Source: Candidatus Latescibacterota bacterium
Lineage (GTDB): Bacteria; Latescibacterota; UBA2968
Reading direction: 5' to 3'
DNA: 64,000 bases
Assembly: GCA_965204375.1 (NCBI GenBank)
Contig: OZ241986.1
Location: 3,360,001-3,424,000 of the forward strand
Shown in pieces: positions 38,996 to 49,509 of the stretch. The position numbers and the translations under genes were made by a program. The notes under the pieces were generated by a model. That model saw only the letters and a program-made list of their open reading frames with translations, did no database searches and had not been told where the DNA came from. The first letter of the stretch is position 1, and each line of letters begins with the position of its first letter.

Positions 38996-41758
38996 GTGAA
39001 CAATAGTGAATTACAATGGAATGGTGCGCGATGGTGGAAATTCGATTTTCACACGCATACACCGGCATCAGACGATTACGGCAAGGGGCCGAATCAGGCG
39101 GCTCTAAAAAAAATATTCCCCAGAGAATGGTTGCTCGAGTTTATGCGTGCCGGCGTTGATTGCATTGCGATCACAGACCACAACACAGGTGCCTGGATTG
39201 ATCGTATCAAGATAGCTCTCAGGGAACTCGAATCCGAGGAAATAGAGGATTTCAAACCGCTTCATATTTTCCCTGGTATGGAAATTTCAGTCGTCGGTGG
39301 TGTACATCTCCTGGCAATCATGGGATGCGATAAGACCACATCGGACCTCGACGCTCTTCGCGGTGCTGTGGGATATCGGGGAAAGCCAGGGCAGAGCGAT
39401 GGCGTTACAACCAAATCATTTGTCGAGGTAGTGAAGGCCATTGTATCGGCTGGTGGAATTGCTATTCCCGCCCATGTGGATGAAGAACAAAACGGGCTTT
39501 TTTTCTTACCGGGAACGACGTTACAGCAGGTATTGGAATGTGACGATATCTTTGCCATGGAACTCCTAGATCTGAATTTCCAAAAACCACAGACCTATAT
39601 TGAGAAGAAGCTAAACTGGACTGAAATTCTTGGCTCAGACGCTCACCATCCTATTGGAAAAACAGGACAACAGTATCCCGGCAGCCACTACACATGGGTC
39701 AAAATGGGATCACCCGACATTGAGGGATTGAGGCTGGCATTATTAGACGGTGTGCTTTCTGTGCGTCGGTCCGACCAGGTGGACCGTGATCCAAACGCGC
39801 ATGTGGATTCAATTATTGAAAAAATTGAGGTCTCTAATACGCGCCATCTGGGACGCGCCTGCCCCTTCACGTTCACGTTCAACCCCTGGCTCAACGCCAT
39901 TATCGGCGGCAGAGGCACTGGCAAGTCAACCGCTGTTGAGTTCCTCCGCATTGCCCTTCGACGGGAGTATGAACTGCCAGATGATTTGCAACCAGAGTTT
40001 GAAAAGTATAGTCAGGTCTATCTGGATAGAGAAGACAGCGGACTGCTTACACACGACGCTGTAATCAGAGTGATTTACCAAAAAAATGGTTCGCGGTTTC
40101 GCATCCAATGGAATCCTGCTGGGAGCCTTGAACCCATTCAAGAAGAGATTGATGGAAAATGGCGTCCTACAACAGGCGACATTCGGCAACGGTTTTCAGC
40201 ACGCATTTACAGCCAGAAACAAATATTTCAACTCGCAAATACACCGCTTGCATTGCTCCGGGTTGTGGATGATGCCCCGGAAGTCAATCACCAAGCCTGG
40301 GGCGGAAAATGGCAGGCGGAGGAAAGCCGCTTTCTTTCTTTACGTGCCAAGATCAGGGAAATAGAGGCCGGTCTTGACGAGGAGTCACATCTTCTGGGAG
40401 AACTTGACGACATCAAACGCAAACTGGCCCTCTTTGAACAGACAGGACATACTGAAATCCTTAAATCCTTCCAAAAGCGAATTCGCCAACAGCGAGATAT
40501 TGAAGAATGGGAAAAAAGCTGGACTCATATGGGAGACCAACTCCGCAAAGTCGCGCCTGAAATCGTACCAGATATTCTGGACGAAATGGCCTTTGATTCG
40601 AATTCAGCATCGGATAATGAACTCCAGGAATATGCCACCAGGGTACTCGCTCGTCTGGATGAAATCCGCAAAGGGATTGAAGCTCTTGCATCGCAAGTGG
40701 ATGCCGTTGTCGTCGCGTGGAAAGAAAACAGGGATAAGTCGCGATGGAAACAGGGCGTTGATAATGCTACACAAGCCTACCAGACATTGAGAGAAACACT
40801 GGCCCAAGAAGGGGCTGGTCATCCAGCCGCTTATGGCGAGCTGGTACAGTACCGGCAAATCATTGAGGAAAAATTAAAGAAATTAGATGAACGCAAAAAA
40901 CAGATCGTTGAATTGAATAATCAGGCCATGGAACAGTTACATCGACTCGTGGAAATCCGCCGGGAACTGACCGGGATCCGAAGGGAATTTCTCCGCAATA
41001 CGCTCGGAGAGAACCCATATATCCAAATACGAGTTCTCCCTTACGGCGCGAGCGAGACTGTGGAAGATGAATTTCGCCAATTACTCCAGAGACCGGACAG
41101 GGGATTTGACAGAGATATTGGAACACCGGATAGCGGCGAAGGATTGCTCGGCAAACTTTATGGAGACAGCAGCGATGCTGAGATCATTGAACAGCATCTT
41201 GCAAATATCAAGAACAAAATCAGGACAATTGATTCGGAAACCGTAGCAGATAAACGTTTCAGAACCCACATTCGCAAACTACCGCCCGAAGTCATTGACC
41301 GTCTTGATCTGTGGTTTCCAGAAGACTCTTTAGACGTTCAATACAGCCCAACCGGCGACGGAAAGCACTTCCGCTCCATCCGAGAGGGCTCGCCTGGACA
41401 GAAAACAGCGGCACTTTTAGCTTTTCTACTTTCTTATGGTGAAGAGCCATTGATTTTAGACCAGCCAGAGGACGATCTGGACAACCACCTGATCTATGAC
41501 TTAATTGTGACCCAATTGCGGCAGGTCAAACGCCATCGACAGGTCATCGTCGTCACGCACAATGCAAATATCGTGGTTAACGGTGATGCCGAATTAGTGG
41601 TTGCCCTTGAGGCGCGTAGTGGGGAAACGCAAAAAGAATGTGAAGGTAGTCTGCAAGAGAGGCGGGTAAGGGAGACCATTTGTGCCATTATGGAGGGTGG
41701 TCGCAAGGCGTTTGAAGATCGCTATCGCCGCATTACACTTGAGGAACACCGTGTTTGA
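38996..41758 (+). CDS. PHP phosphoesterase fused to SMC/ABC-type ATPase (Ppl/TrlF-like)
   Basis: DFHTHT, ITDHN, PAHVD, GSDAHH; Walker A GGRGTGKS, coiled coil, signature GSPGQ, Walker B LILDQPEDDLD, VTHN. Confidence 0.88.
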   Translation: MNNSELQWNGARWWKFDFHTHTPASDDYGKGPNQAALKKIFPREWLLEFMRAGVDCIAITDHNTGAWIDRIKIALRELESEEIEDFKPLHIFPGMEISVVGGVHLLAIMGCDKTTSDLDALRGAVGYRGKPGQSDGVTTKSFVEVVKAIVSAGGIAIPAHVDEEQNGLFFLPGTTLQQVLECDDIFAMELLDLNFQKPQTYIEKKLNWTEILGSDAHHPIGKTGQQYPGSHYTWVKMGSPDIEGLRLALLDGVLSVRRSDQVDRDPNAHVDSIIEKIEVSNTRHLGRACPFTFTFNPWLNAIIGGRGTGKSTAVEFLRIALRREYELPDDLQPEFEKYSQVYLDREDSGLLTHDAVIRVIYQKNGSRFRIQWNPAGSLEPIQEEIDGKWRPTTGDIRQRFSARIYSQKQIFQLANTPLALLRVVDDAPEVNHQAWGGKWQAEESRFLSLRAKIREIEAGLDEESHLLGELDDIKRKLALFEQTGHTEILKSFQKRIRQQRDIEEWEKSWTHMGDQLRKVAPEIVPDILDEMAFDSNSASDNELQEYATRVLARLDEIRKGIEALASQVDAVVVAWKENRDKSRWKQGVDNATQAYQTLRETLAQEGAGHPAAYGELVQYRQIIEEKLKKLDERKKQIVELNNQAMEQLHRLVEIRRELTGIRREFLRNTLGENPYIQIRVLPYGASETVEDEFRQLLQRPDRGFDRDIGTPDSGEGLLGKLYGDSSDAEIIEQHLANIKNKIRTIDSETVADKRFRTHIRKLPPEVIDRLDLWFPEDSLDVQYSPTGDGKHFRSIREGSPGQKTAALLAFLLSYGEEPLILDQPEDDLDNHLIYDLIVTQLRQVKRHRQVIVVTHNANIVVNGDAELVVALEARSGETQKECEGSLQERRVRETICAIMEGGRKAFEDRYRRITLEEHRV

Positions 41759-42989
41759 AAGTCCTGAAGAACTACTGGCAAAGATACGTCTTGGCGAAGA
41801 TACATCATTGGAATTTAAAACCGTTCGATTTAGAGGCGATCAAGTTTCCGATCCCAGGCGTAATGATCTCGCTGACGAGATAGGGGCTATTGCCAATACT
41901 CATGATGGCGTACTCGTTTTAGGCGTGGATGACAAGACGCGAGATATTATCGGGATACCGATAGATCGTCTCGATATTGTCGAACGTTATGTTTATGAAA
42001 TATGTAATGAGAGCATCAGGCCACCTATTCTTTTTCGTTCTTTTCGCATGCAACTCCCAGATAGCAGCGGCGTTCTTCGGCCCGTGCTCAAGGTGGAGGT
42101 TTCACGCAGTCTGTTCGTTCACAGAAGTCCTGGGGGATATTTCTTTCGGCAAGGAAGTTCACGGCGTGAGATGCCTCCTGAATACCTGGCACGGTTGTTC
42201 CAACAGCGAAGCCAGGCCCGGCTGATTCGATTTGAGGAACAACCGGTTCCTCAATCGAGCATGAGCGATTTGTCAGAGAAACTGTGGATTAACTATACGA
42301 CCCGGTCTAATGAACCTGCCCCCACTGTGCTCCTTAAACGCAATCTTTTGTCAAAGGAAGAAAGCGGAGACATACGGGCTTCGGTTGCTGGCATTTTGCT
42401 CTGTTGCGAGACGCCAGAAAGCTTTTTGCCCAATGCCTATATTGAAGCCGTGCGCTATCGTGGAAAAAATCAGGATTCTAATTACCAAATAGACGCGCAA
42501 CAGATTTGCGGTCCGCTGAATCAACAGATTGAGCAAGCAATGACCTTTCTTCGGAGAAACCAGACTGTCTCGGCCGTAAAAACGCCGCATAGAGTCGAAA
42601 TGAAACAATTCAGCGAAAGAGCGATTTTCGAAGCGATTGTCAATGCTGTGGCACATCGTGATTATGCCATATTTGGCTCGAAAATTCGGTTTTTCATGTT
42701 TGATGATCGACTGGAAATCTACTCACCAGGCAGCCTTCCGAACACCGTTACTATTGATAATATAGCTCTGCGCCAAGCGACTCGAAACGAATTGATTACA
42801 AGTCTGCTTGCAGAGACACCTGTGGCAGAAACGGTCGGCGATGTGGGACGCGGTTTTTACATGGAAAGACGAGGCGATGGTGTTCCAATCATTTTTAGCG
42901 AGAGCGAGAAACTTTCTGGTAAGAAGCCAATTTACCAACTTATTGATGAATCCGAACTTTTACTGACCATTTATTCCGCAAATCTGTAA
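41751..42989 (+). CDS. Schlafen/AlbA_2 domain + HATPase_c_4 protein
   Basis: GEDTSLEFK, AIANTHDGVLVLGVDD, EAIVNAVAHRDY, SPGSLP, MERRGDG; GTG start with GAGGA RBS overlapping the upstream stop. Confidence 0.85.
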   Translation: MFESPEELLAKIRLGEDTSLEFKTVRFRGDQVSDPRRNDLADEIGAIANTHDGVLVLGVDDKTRDIIGIPIDRLDIVERYVYEICNESIRPPILFRSFRMQLPDSSGVLRPVLKVEVSRSLFVHRSPGGYFFRQGSSRREMPPEYLARLFQQRSQARLIRFEEQPVPQSSMSDLSEKLWINYTTRSNEPAPTVLLKRNLLSKEESGDIRASVAGILLCCETPESFLPNAYIEAVRYRGKNQDSNYQIDAQQICGPLNQQIEQAMTFLRRNQTVSAVKTPHRVEMKQFSERAIFEAIVNAVAHRDYAIFGSKIRFFMFDDRLEIYSPGSLPNTVTIDNIALRQATRNELITSLLAETPVAETVGDVGRGFYMERRGDGVPIIFSESEKLSGKKPIYQLIDESELLLTIYSANL

Positions 42990-43047
42990 TGTGTAAGCTG
43001 GCCGATGATAGCTGATAATAAGCTTTCAGTTTTAATAAGGAGGTCTC

Positions 43048-44313
43048 GTGGCAACCGAATTTAAACTTCCCGATCTCGGCGAAGGTGTAGAAGCCGGCGA
43101 TGTTGTCAGCGTACTCGTTGCCGAAGGCGACACCGTTGAAATCGATCAGAGCGTAGTCGAGCTCGAAACCGACAAAGCCCTCGTTGAAGTACCCAGCAGT
43201 GTTGCTGGCACCATCACAAAAATACACATCAGTGCCGGAGACCGCGTGCCCGTGGGTAGCTTATTGATCTCCGTTGAAGAAGGCGAACAACAGGTCACAG
43301 CAGACCCTGAGCCGAAAGCCGAAGCACCGGCTCCTGCACCAAAAGAAGAACCCGAACCCACCACCAGAGAGCCTGAACCAACACCTCCCGCAGCCAGACC
43401 ACCTGCACCTACATCCAACGGCGATCCCATTCCAGCAGCCCCATCCACGCGGCGGCTCGCGCGAGAACTCGGCGTAGATCTCACCCAGGTCGCTGGTTCA
43501 GGCCCCGGAGGACGCATCTCACAAGACGATGTCAAAGCCGCTGTGCGCGACCGACAAACGGGAAGTTCTGTGTCTGTCGCACCCGTCGAATTGCCCGACT
43601 TCTCGAGATGGGGCAACATCGAACGCCAACCCCTCAGCAAAGTTCGGCAGATTATCGCAAAAAATATGAGCCAGGCCTGGCAACAGGTGGCTCATGTCAC
43701 GCAATTTGACCGCGCAGACGTCACAGACCTCGAAGCATTTCGGCAGCGCAACAAAGAAAAAACCGAAGCAATGGGAGCCAAACTGACGCCAACTGTCCTC
43801 GCGCTAAAAGCAATCATCACCGCGCTCAAGACCTTTCCGCAATTCAACGCCAGCCTCGATGCCGGAGCCAATGAGATCATACTCAAACACTACTACAACC
43901 TCGGCATTGCCGTTGACACCGAGCGCGGCTTACTCGTTCCCGTCATCAAAGACGTCGATCGCAAAGACATCCTGGAACTGGCTCTCGAACTCGGCGACAT
44001 CAGCAACCGCGCGCGCACCGGCAAAATTGGCCTCGACGAATTGCAAGGCGGCACATTCACCGTCACCAATCTGGGCAGCCTGGGCGTGGGCGAATTTACC
44101 CCCATCGTCAATCACCCCGAAGTTGCAATATTGGGACTTGGACGCGCGAGAGAAGAAGCCACTGTGCGCGAAGGCCGCATTGAACCCCGCCTTATCATGC
44201 CTTTGGCACTCTCTTATGATCACCGCGTTATTGACGGCGCCGACGGTGCGCGATTCATGCGAAAAATCGTCGATGCACTCGAAAACCCAGAACTCATGCT
44301 CATGGGCGGATAA
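43048..44313 (+). CDS. aceF: Dihydrolipoamide acetyltransferase E2 (one lipoyl domain)
   Basis: ETDKA lipoyl motif, PSTRRLARELGVDL, DHRVIDGADG. Confidence 0.93.
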   Translation: MATEFKLPDLGEGVEAGDVVSVLVAEGDTVEIDQSVVELETDKALVEVPSSVAGTITKIHISAGDRVPVGSLLISVEEGEQQVTADPEPKAEAPAPAPKEEPEPTTREPEPTPPAARPPAPTSNGDPIPAAPSTRRLARELGVDLTQVAGSGPGGRISQDDVKAAVRDRQTGSSVSVAPVELPDFSRWGNIERQPLSKVRQIIAKNMSQAWQQVAHVTQFDRADVTDLEAFRQRNKEKTEAMGAKLTPTVLALKAIITALKTFPQFNASLDAGANEIILKHYYNLGIAVDTERGLLVPVIKDVDRKDILELALELGDISNRARTGKIGLDELQGGTFTVTNLGSLGVGEFTPIVNHPEVAILGLGRAREEATVREGRIEPRLIMPLALSYDHRVIDGADGARFMRKIVDALENPELMLMGG

Positions 44314-44327
44314 ACTGGAGAAATCAC

Positions 44328-45740
44328 ATGGCCGAAACGCACAAAACCGATCTCCTCGTAATCGGCGGCGGTCCCGGCGGATATACAGCGGCCTTTCGCG
44401 CTGCTGACCTGGGTCTGCATGTCACCCTCGTCAACGCCGACGACAACCTCGGTGGCACCTGTTTATTGCGCGGATGCATTCCATCCAAAGCCCTGCTCCA
44501 CGTTGCAGAACTCATCACCGAAGCCAGTGAAGCCAGAACTTATGGCCTCACCTTTGGCGATCCCAAAATCGATCTGGACGCCCTGCGAGGCTGGAAAGAC
44601 AACATCATCAACCGCCTCTCGACCGGTCTGTCTGGCCTGGTGCGCCAGCGCAAAGTCACACACCTGACGGGCTACGCGCAATTTGAGAATTCGCAAAGCG
44701 CGTCTATCTCAGGCGATGGGGATATAGACCGCGTCGAATTTGAACACGCCATCATCGCCACGGGATCACGCCCTGTCGTCCTCCCAATTTTCGCGCTCGA
44801 CACACCGCGCATTTTGGACTCGACAACAGCGCTCGACCTCGACGAAATACCCAAAAGCCTTCTCGTCGTTGGCGGAGGCATCATCGGCCTCGAACTCGGC
44901 AGTGTTTACGCTGCATTGGGAAGTGCCGTCACAGTCGTCGAAATGACCGACACCCTCTTGCCCGGCACCGACCCCGATCTAATCAAACCCCTCGAAACCC
45001 GATTGCGTCAGGCATTCAGCGCCATACACACCAGCACGCGCGTCACGCATATCGAAGAAGTCAATACCGGTATTGAAGTACACTGGGAAGGCGAAGAATC
45101 AAAAACATCCGAAATATTCGACCGCGTCCTCCTCTGCATTGGCCGACGTCCGAATACAGATAATATCGGCCTTGAAAACACGGACATTGAACCCGATGAC
45201 CACGGATTCATCAAAGTCGATTCGCAGATGCGTACAAACGATCCCCGCCTCTTTGCAATCGGCGATGCCGTTCCGGGTCCCGGCCTTGCTCACAAAGCCG
45301 CGCACGAAGGCAAAATCGCCGCCGAAGTTCTCGCCGGTGAATCCGCGGCATTTGACGCACTCATTCCCTCTGTCGTGTACACCGACCCCGAAATTGCATG
45401 GGTGGGCCTGACCGAAACCGACGCTCTCAAACAAGACCGAAAAGTCGATATCGTGCGCTTCCCCTGGGCCGCCCTGGGCAAAGCGCATGCCATTGGGCGC
45501 ATCGAAGGCCAGACCAAGCTCATCGTCGATTCCTATACCCAACGCGTACTCGGCATGGGCATTGTGGGACCAAATGCGGGCGACCTCATCGCCGAAGGCG
45601 CGCTCGCCATTGAAATGGCTGCCGTCGCCGAAGACATTGCCCACACCATTCATCCCCACCCCTCGCTTGCCGAAACCATCGGCATTGCCTCAGAAATCCA
45701 CCTCGGCTCTGCGACTGATGTGTACATGCCTAAAAAATAG
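44328..45740 (+). CDS. lpdA: Dihydrolipoamide dehydrogenase E3
   Basis: GGGPGGY, GGTCLLRGCIPSK, HPHPSLAE. Confidence 0.96.
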   Translation: MAETHKTDLLVIGGGPGGYTAAFRAADLGLHVTLVNADDNLGGTCLLRGCIPSKALLHVAELITEASEARTYGLTFGDPKIDLDALRGWKDNIINRLSTGLSGLVRQRKVTHLTGYAQFENSQSASISGDGDIDRVEFEHAIIATGSRPVVLPIFALDTPRILDSTTALDLDEIPKSLLVVGGGIIGLELGSVYAALGSAVTVVEMTDTLLPGTDPDLIKPLETRLRQAFSAIHTSTRVTHIEEVNTGIEVHWEGEESKTSEIFDRVLLCIGRRPNTDNIGLENTDIEPDDHGFIKVDSQMRTNDPRLFAIGDAVPGPGLAHKAAHEGKIAAEVLAGESAAFDALIPSVVYTDPEIAWVGLTETDALKQDRKVDIVRFPWAALGKAHAIGRIEGQTKLIVDSYTQRVLGMGIVGPNAGDLIAEGALAIEMAAVAEDIAHTIHPHPSLAETIGIASEIHLGSATDVYMPKK

Positions 45741-45750
45741 CTAATCGCCC

Positions 45751-47154
45751 TTACAAATCCCCATACTGCGTCTGCAACCGTCGCAACTCGGCCTTTAACT
45801 CCACCACCAGATCTGCATACGCCACATCTTCGTACACATTTCGCAACTCATTGGGATCCTCTTGCAAATCGAACAACTCCCAGTAATCGCCCTCGGCATA
45901 ATATTCAATCAGCTTGTAGCGATCTGTACGCACGCCGCGATGCGGGCCAATGCGGTGCGGTGTAAAATACTGAAATGACGGTTCTGACATCGCCTCTGCC
46001 CCCTTGCCGTGCAACACCCATGAATCCTCAAAATAGGCGTAATAAACAGACGTACGCCAATCGTCCGGTTCTGTCCCCTGGAGCAACGGCCGCAAACTCT
46101 CGCCCTGCACGCCTTCGGGAATTTCGACACCTGCAAAATCCAGAATCGTCGGCGCAAAATCCACATTCATCACCAGCGCATCGGTCACATTCCCGCTTAT
46201 ACCCCCATTCGGATAACGCACCACCAGCGGAATGCGAATCGAAGGCTCGTACATAAACCGCTTATCGTACCATCCGTAATCGCCCAAAAAATACCCGTGA
46301 TCCGACGTATAAATCACCAGCGTATCGTCAGCCAGATCCGTCTCATCCAGATAATCCAGCACCCGCCCCAGATTCTCATCCACACCGTAAATCGTGCGAT
46401 ATCGATCCTTCATAAAACGCTGATAAATCCAATCCTTCTTTTCCCCTTCACTCAAGCCCTCGGGTATATCGTCATAATCGGGCGCCAGACTAATATCAAA
46501 CTTCATATCCTCAGCCAGAGCCGCAATTTTTCGCGTCGCAAAATCATCGCGATATGTCTCCGGCTGGGGAATCTCAACATCCTCAAAAAGATGCGCGTGC
46601 CGTGGTGCTGGCGTAAATGGCCGATGCGGCGCCTTAAACTGATACACCAGACAAAAAGGCTGTTCCCCATCCAACCCCTTCAAAAATTCAAGCGCCATAT
46701 CCGTCGTTATATCCGTAGCATACCCCTCCTTCTGCACCTCCTTTCCATTGTCGATATACGTCGGATCAAAATACACGCCCTGCCCGGGATGAATACACCA
46801 CGTATCAAACCCGCGAGGATCCTGCCGGATGTGATACTTGCCAAACAACGCGGTCTTATACCCCTCGGCTTGAAGCAATTCGGGAAACGTCGGCACATTT
46901 GGATCCAGATTCTCAATCGCATCGGCCCTCTCAGAATTTCCCCGAATACCGTGAACATGTGAAAAACATCCCGTCAGCACCGTACCCCGCGCAGGCGCGC
47001 ACAGTGCGTTGGTCGAAAAACAATTATTAAACCGCGTACCCTCATTTCCAATGCGATCCAGATTGGGCGTATGCAAAATCGGATTGCCATAACTGCTCAT
47101 CTCGCGCGGCGTGTGGTCATCGGTCATCACAAACAAAATATTCGGTCGCTTCAT
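45751..47154 (-). CDS. Sulfatase (formylglycine-dependent)
   Basis: RPNILFVMTDDH, CAPAR, GKYH, SDHG; start at MKRPN. Confidence 0.93.
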   Translation of the reverse strand: MKRPNILFVMTDDHTPREMSSYGNPILHTPNLDRIGNEGTRFNNCFSTNALCAPARGTVLTGCFSHVHGIRGNSERADAIENLDPNVPTFPELLQAEGYKTALFGKYHIRQDPRGFDTWCIHPGQGVYFDPTYIDNGKEVQKEGYATDITTDMALEFLKGLDGEQPFCLVYQFKAPHRPFTPAPRHAHLFEDVEIPQPETYRDDFATRKIAALAEDMKFDISLAPDYDDIPEGLSEGEKKDWIYQRFMKDRYRTIYGVDENLGRVLDYLDETDLADDTLVIYTSDHGYFLGDYGWYDKRFMYEPSIRIPLVVRYPNGGISGNVTDALVMNVDFAPTILDFAGVEIPEGVQGESLRPLLQGTEPDDWRTSVYYAYFEDSWVLHGKGAEAMSEPSFQYFTPHRIGPHRGVRTDRYKLIEYYAEGDYWELFDLQEDPNELRNVYEDVAYADLVVELKAELRRLQTQYGDL

Positions 47155-47164
47155 TTCTTCTCCT

Positions 47165-47677
47165 TCACAGATTATCAACAAAAAGCTTCAACGCTCGATA
47201 ATACCGCAATTTCTCAACCCTCGGCATAGGCAGCGCACCGCTCGTTGACGGTGCGAGAAACAGCTTCGCGCCTTCCAGCATCTCATCTTGCAAACCGTAA
47301 TCTCGCCTCTCGCCCATCACTTTGGCATATCCGCTCTTCCCATTAAAACAAATCACCCGGGGTCGATACAACTGCATTTTTTCTCGCAACAGTTCAAAAC
47401 CCGACACATAATCGCCATCCGTCAGATCTCCAATCCCCCGCGTCGCGCGCCCCTTCACAATATCTGTCAGCCCGATATTATAATTCAAAATAGTCGCATC
47501 TTCTCGCGGCTCCAACAATCGATCTGTCAGCCCGGCCTCGTACAAAAACGGCCAAAACTGATTGCCACGCCCCGCGTAATAATGCCCTATTTCCGCAGAC
47601 CTCAAGCTCGGATTAAACCCCACAAACACCAGATTCAGTCCCACGCGCAAATAATCTGGCACCACATAGTCAGCCAT
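47165..47677 (-). CDS. mug: G/U mismatch-specific DNA glycosylase
   Basis: VGFNPSLRSAEIGHYYAGRGNQFW, GLTDIV, PSTSG. Confidence 0.88.
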   Translation of the reverse strand: MADYVVPDYLRVGLNLVFVGFNPSLRSAEIGHYYAGRGNQFWPFLYEAGLTDRLLEPREDATILNYNIGLTDIVKGRATRGIGDLTDGDYVSGFELLREKMQLYRPRVICFNGKSGYAKVMGERRDYGLQDEMLEGAKLFLAPSTSGALPMPRVEKLRYYRALKLFVDNL

Positions 47678-47691
47678 ATTCCACACCCTTG

Positions 47692-47721
47692 TTGACACAT
47701 CTCCCACAATTCGGTTAAATT
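47692..47721 (+). promoter_or_regulatory. sigma70-like promoter for ilvD
   Basis: TTGACA followed after 17-18 bp by TTAAAT/TAAATT. Confidence 0.5.
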
Positions 47722-47775
47722 ACAACCCCGGAAAAATAAGACAAACCCAAAGTCTCATCTACGAAAGGAATCCTC

Positions 47776-49482
47776 ATGGCAAAATTAAATAAGTACAGCT
47801 CTCAAATCACCCAAAAAAAATCCCAGGGTGGATCTCAGGCCATGCTCTATGCCACCGGACTGACGCGTGCCGACATGGACAAAGCACAGGTTGGCATTGC
47901 CTCGGTCTGGTACGAAGGCAACCCGTGCAACATGCACCTCAACGACCTCGCCGCCGAAACAAAAAAAGGCGTCACCGAAGCCGGATGCGTAGGCATGCGC
48001 TTCAACACCATTGGCGTATCCGACGGCATATCCATGGGCACAGACGGCATGTCCTTCTCCCTCCAATCCCGCGACCTCATAGCCGACTCCATCGAAACCC
48101 TCATGGGCGCACAGTGGTACGATGGATTAATCGCACTGCCCGGCTGCGACAAAAACATGCCCGGCGTGGTCATGGCAATGGGCCGCCTCAACCGCCCTGC
48201 CCTGATGATCTACGGCGGCACAATAAAGCCCGGTTGCGCCACCATTCAAGGCGAAGAACGCAAACTCGACATCATTTCAGCATTTCAAAGCTACGGCGAA
48301 TTTCTCACAGACTCGCTCAGTGATGCCGAACGCCAGGAAATCGTCGAACACGCCTGCCCAGGTGCCGGTGCCTGCGGCGGCATGTACACCGCCAATACCA
48401 TGGCCAGCGCCATCGAATGCATGGGCCTCTCCCTGCCCTATTCCTCATGTACACCTGCCGAAGACCCCGACAAACACGCCGAATGTATCCACGCTGGTCA
48501 CGCTGTACGCGCCCTGCTCGAAGCCGACCTCAAACCGCGCGACATCGTCACCAAACAATCCTTTCTCAACGCCATCCGCCTCGCCGTTGTCACGGGCGGA
48601 TCCACCAATATCGTACTCCACCTGCTCGCCATTGCCAGAGCTTATGACATAGACCTCGACATCGACGAATTTCAACACATATCCAACGAAACGCCTCTCC
48701 TGTGTGACCTCAAACCCTCTGGTCGTTACGTCATGGAAGAGCTTCACGACATCGGCGGAACACCCGCAATGATGAAACTCCTCCTCGACGCCGACCTCAT
48801 CGATGGCGACCAGATGACCGTAACGGGCAAAACAATAGCCGAAAATCTCGACGATATAAAAACCCTTCTCCCTTATGGCACGGGTGAAGGACAGCAAGAC
48901 ATCGTCAGACCCTTTAATGATCCCCTCAAACCAACGGGGCACTTGCAAATTTTACGAGGGAATTTGGCACCGGAAGGTTCAGTCGGAAAAATCACGGGCA
49001 AAGAAGGCGAGGTATTCAAAGGCACGGCCAATGTCTTCGACTGCGAGGAAGACATGCTCGCCGCCCTCGAACAGGGCAAGATCGAAAAAGGCAATGTCAT
49101 CATCATCCGCTACGAAGGACCCAAAGGCGGACCCGGCATGCCGGAAATGCTCACCCCCACATCCGCACTGGCTGGCGCGGGACTGGTACAGGATGTCGCA
49201 CTAATTACCGATGGGCGCTTTTCGGGCGGATCGCACGGCTTTCTCATCGGCCACGTCGTTCCCGAAGCCATCGAAGGCGGCCCCATCGCCCTCGTCCAAA
49301 CCGGCGACCAGATCACCATCGACAGCCAAAACGGAGAGATCAACATGGACGTCTCTGCCAAAGAACTCGAAAAACGCCGTGCGGCCTGGACCCAACCGCC
49401 GTACAAAGCCAACCGCGGCACCCTTTACAAATACATCAAAAACGTAAAAACAGCTTCTGAGGGGTGTGTCACAGACGAGTAG
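47776..49482 (+). CDS. ilvD: Dihydroxy-acid dehydratase
   Basis: [43 protein letters not shown]. Confidence 0.97.
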   Translation: MAKLNKYSSQITQKKSQGGSQAMLYATGLTRADMDKAQVGIASVWYEGNPCNMHLNDLAAETKKGVTEAGCVGMRFNTIGVSDGISMGTDGMSFSLQSRDLIADSIETLMGAQWYDGLIALPGCDKNMPGVVMAMGRLNRPALMIYGGTIKPGCATIQGEERKLDIISAFQSYGEFLTDSLSDAERQEIVEHACPGAGACGGMYTANTMASAIECMGLSLPYSSCTPAEDPDKHAECIHAGHAVRALLEADLKPRDIVTKQSFLNAIRLAVVTGGSTNIVLHLLAIARAYDIDLDIDEFQHISNETPLLCDLKPSGRYVMEELHDIGGTPAMMKLLLDADLIDGDQMTVTGKTIAENLDDIKTLLPYGTGEGQQDIVRPFNDPLKPTGHLQILRGNLAPEGSVGKITGKEGEVFKGTANVFDCEEDMLAALEQGKIEKGNVIIIRYEGPKGGPGMPEMLTPTSALAGAGLVQDVALITDGRFSGGSHGFLIGHVVPEAIEGGPIALVQTGDQITIDSQNGEINMDVSAKELEKRRAAWTQPPYKANRGTLYKYIKNVKTASEGCVTDE

Positions 49483-49502
49483 GGGCGAAAAATTTTTCGC
49501 CC
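49479..49502 (+). repeat. GTAG-type REP-like palindrome overlapping the ilvD stop codon
   Basis: GTAGGGGCGAAAAATTTTTCGCCC. Confidence 0.8.
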
Positions 49503-49509
49503 TCCGCGC

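Larger units (their letters stand above)
38824..43030 (+). mobile_element. Two-gene defence-like insertion between aceE and aceF
   Basis: Interrupts the normally contiguous aceE-aceF-lpdA order; different base composition; no integrase; boundaries approximate. Confidence 0.6.
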
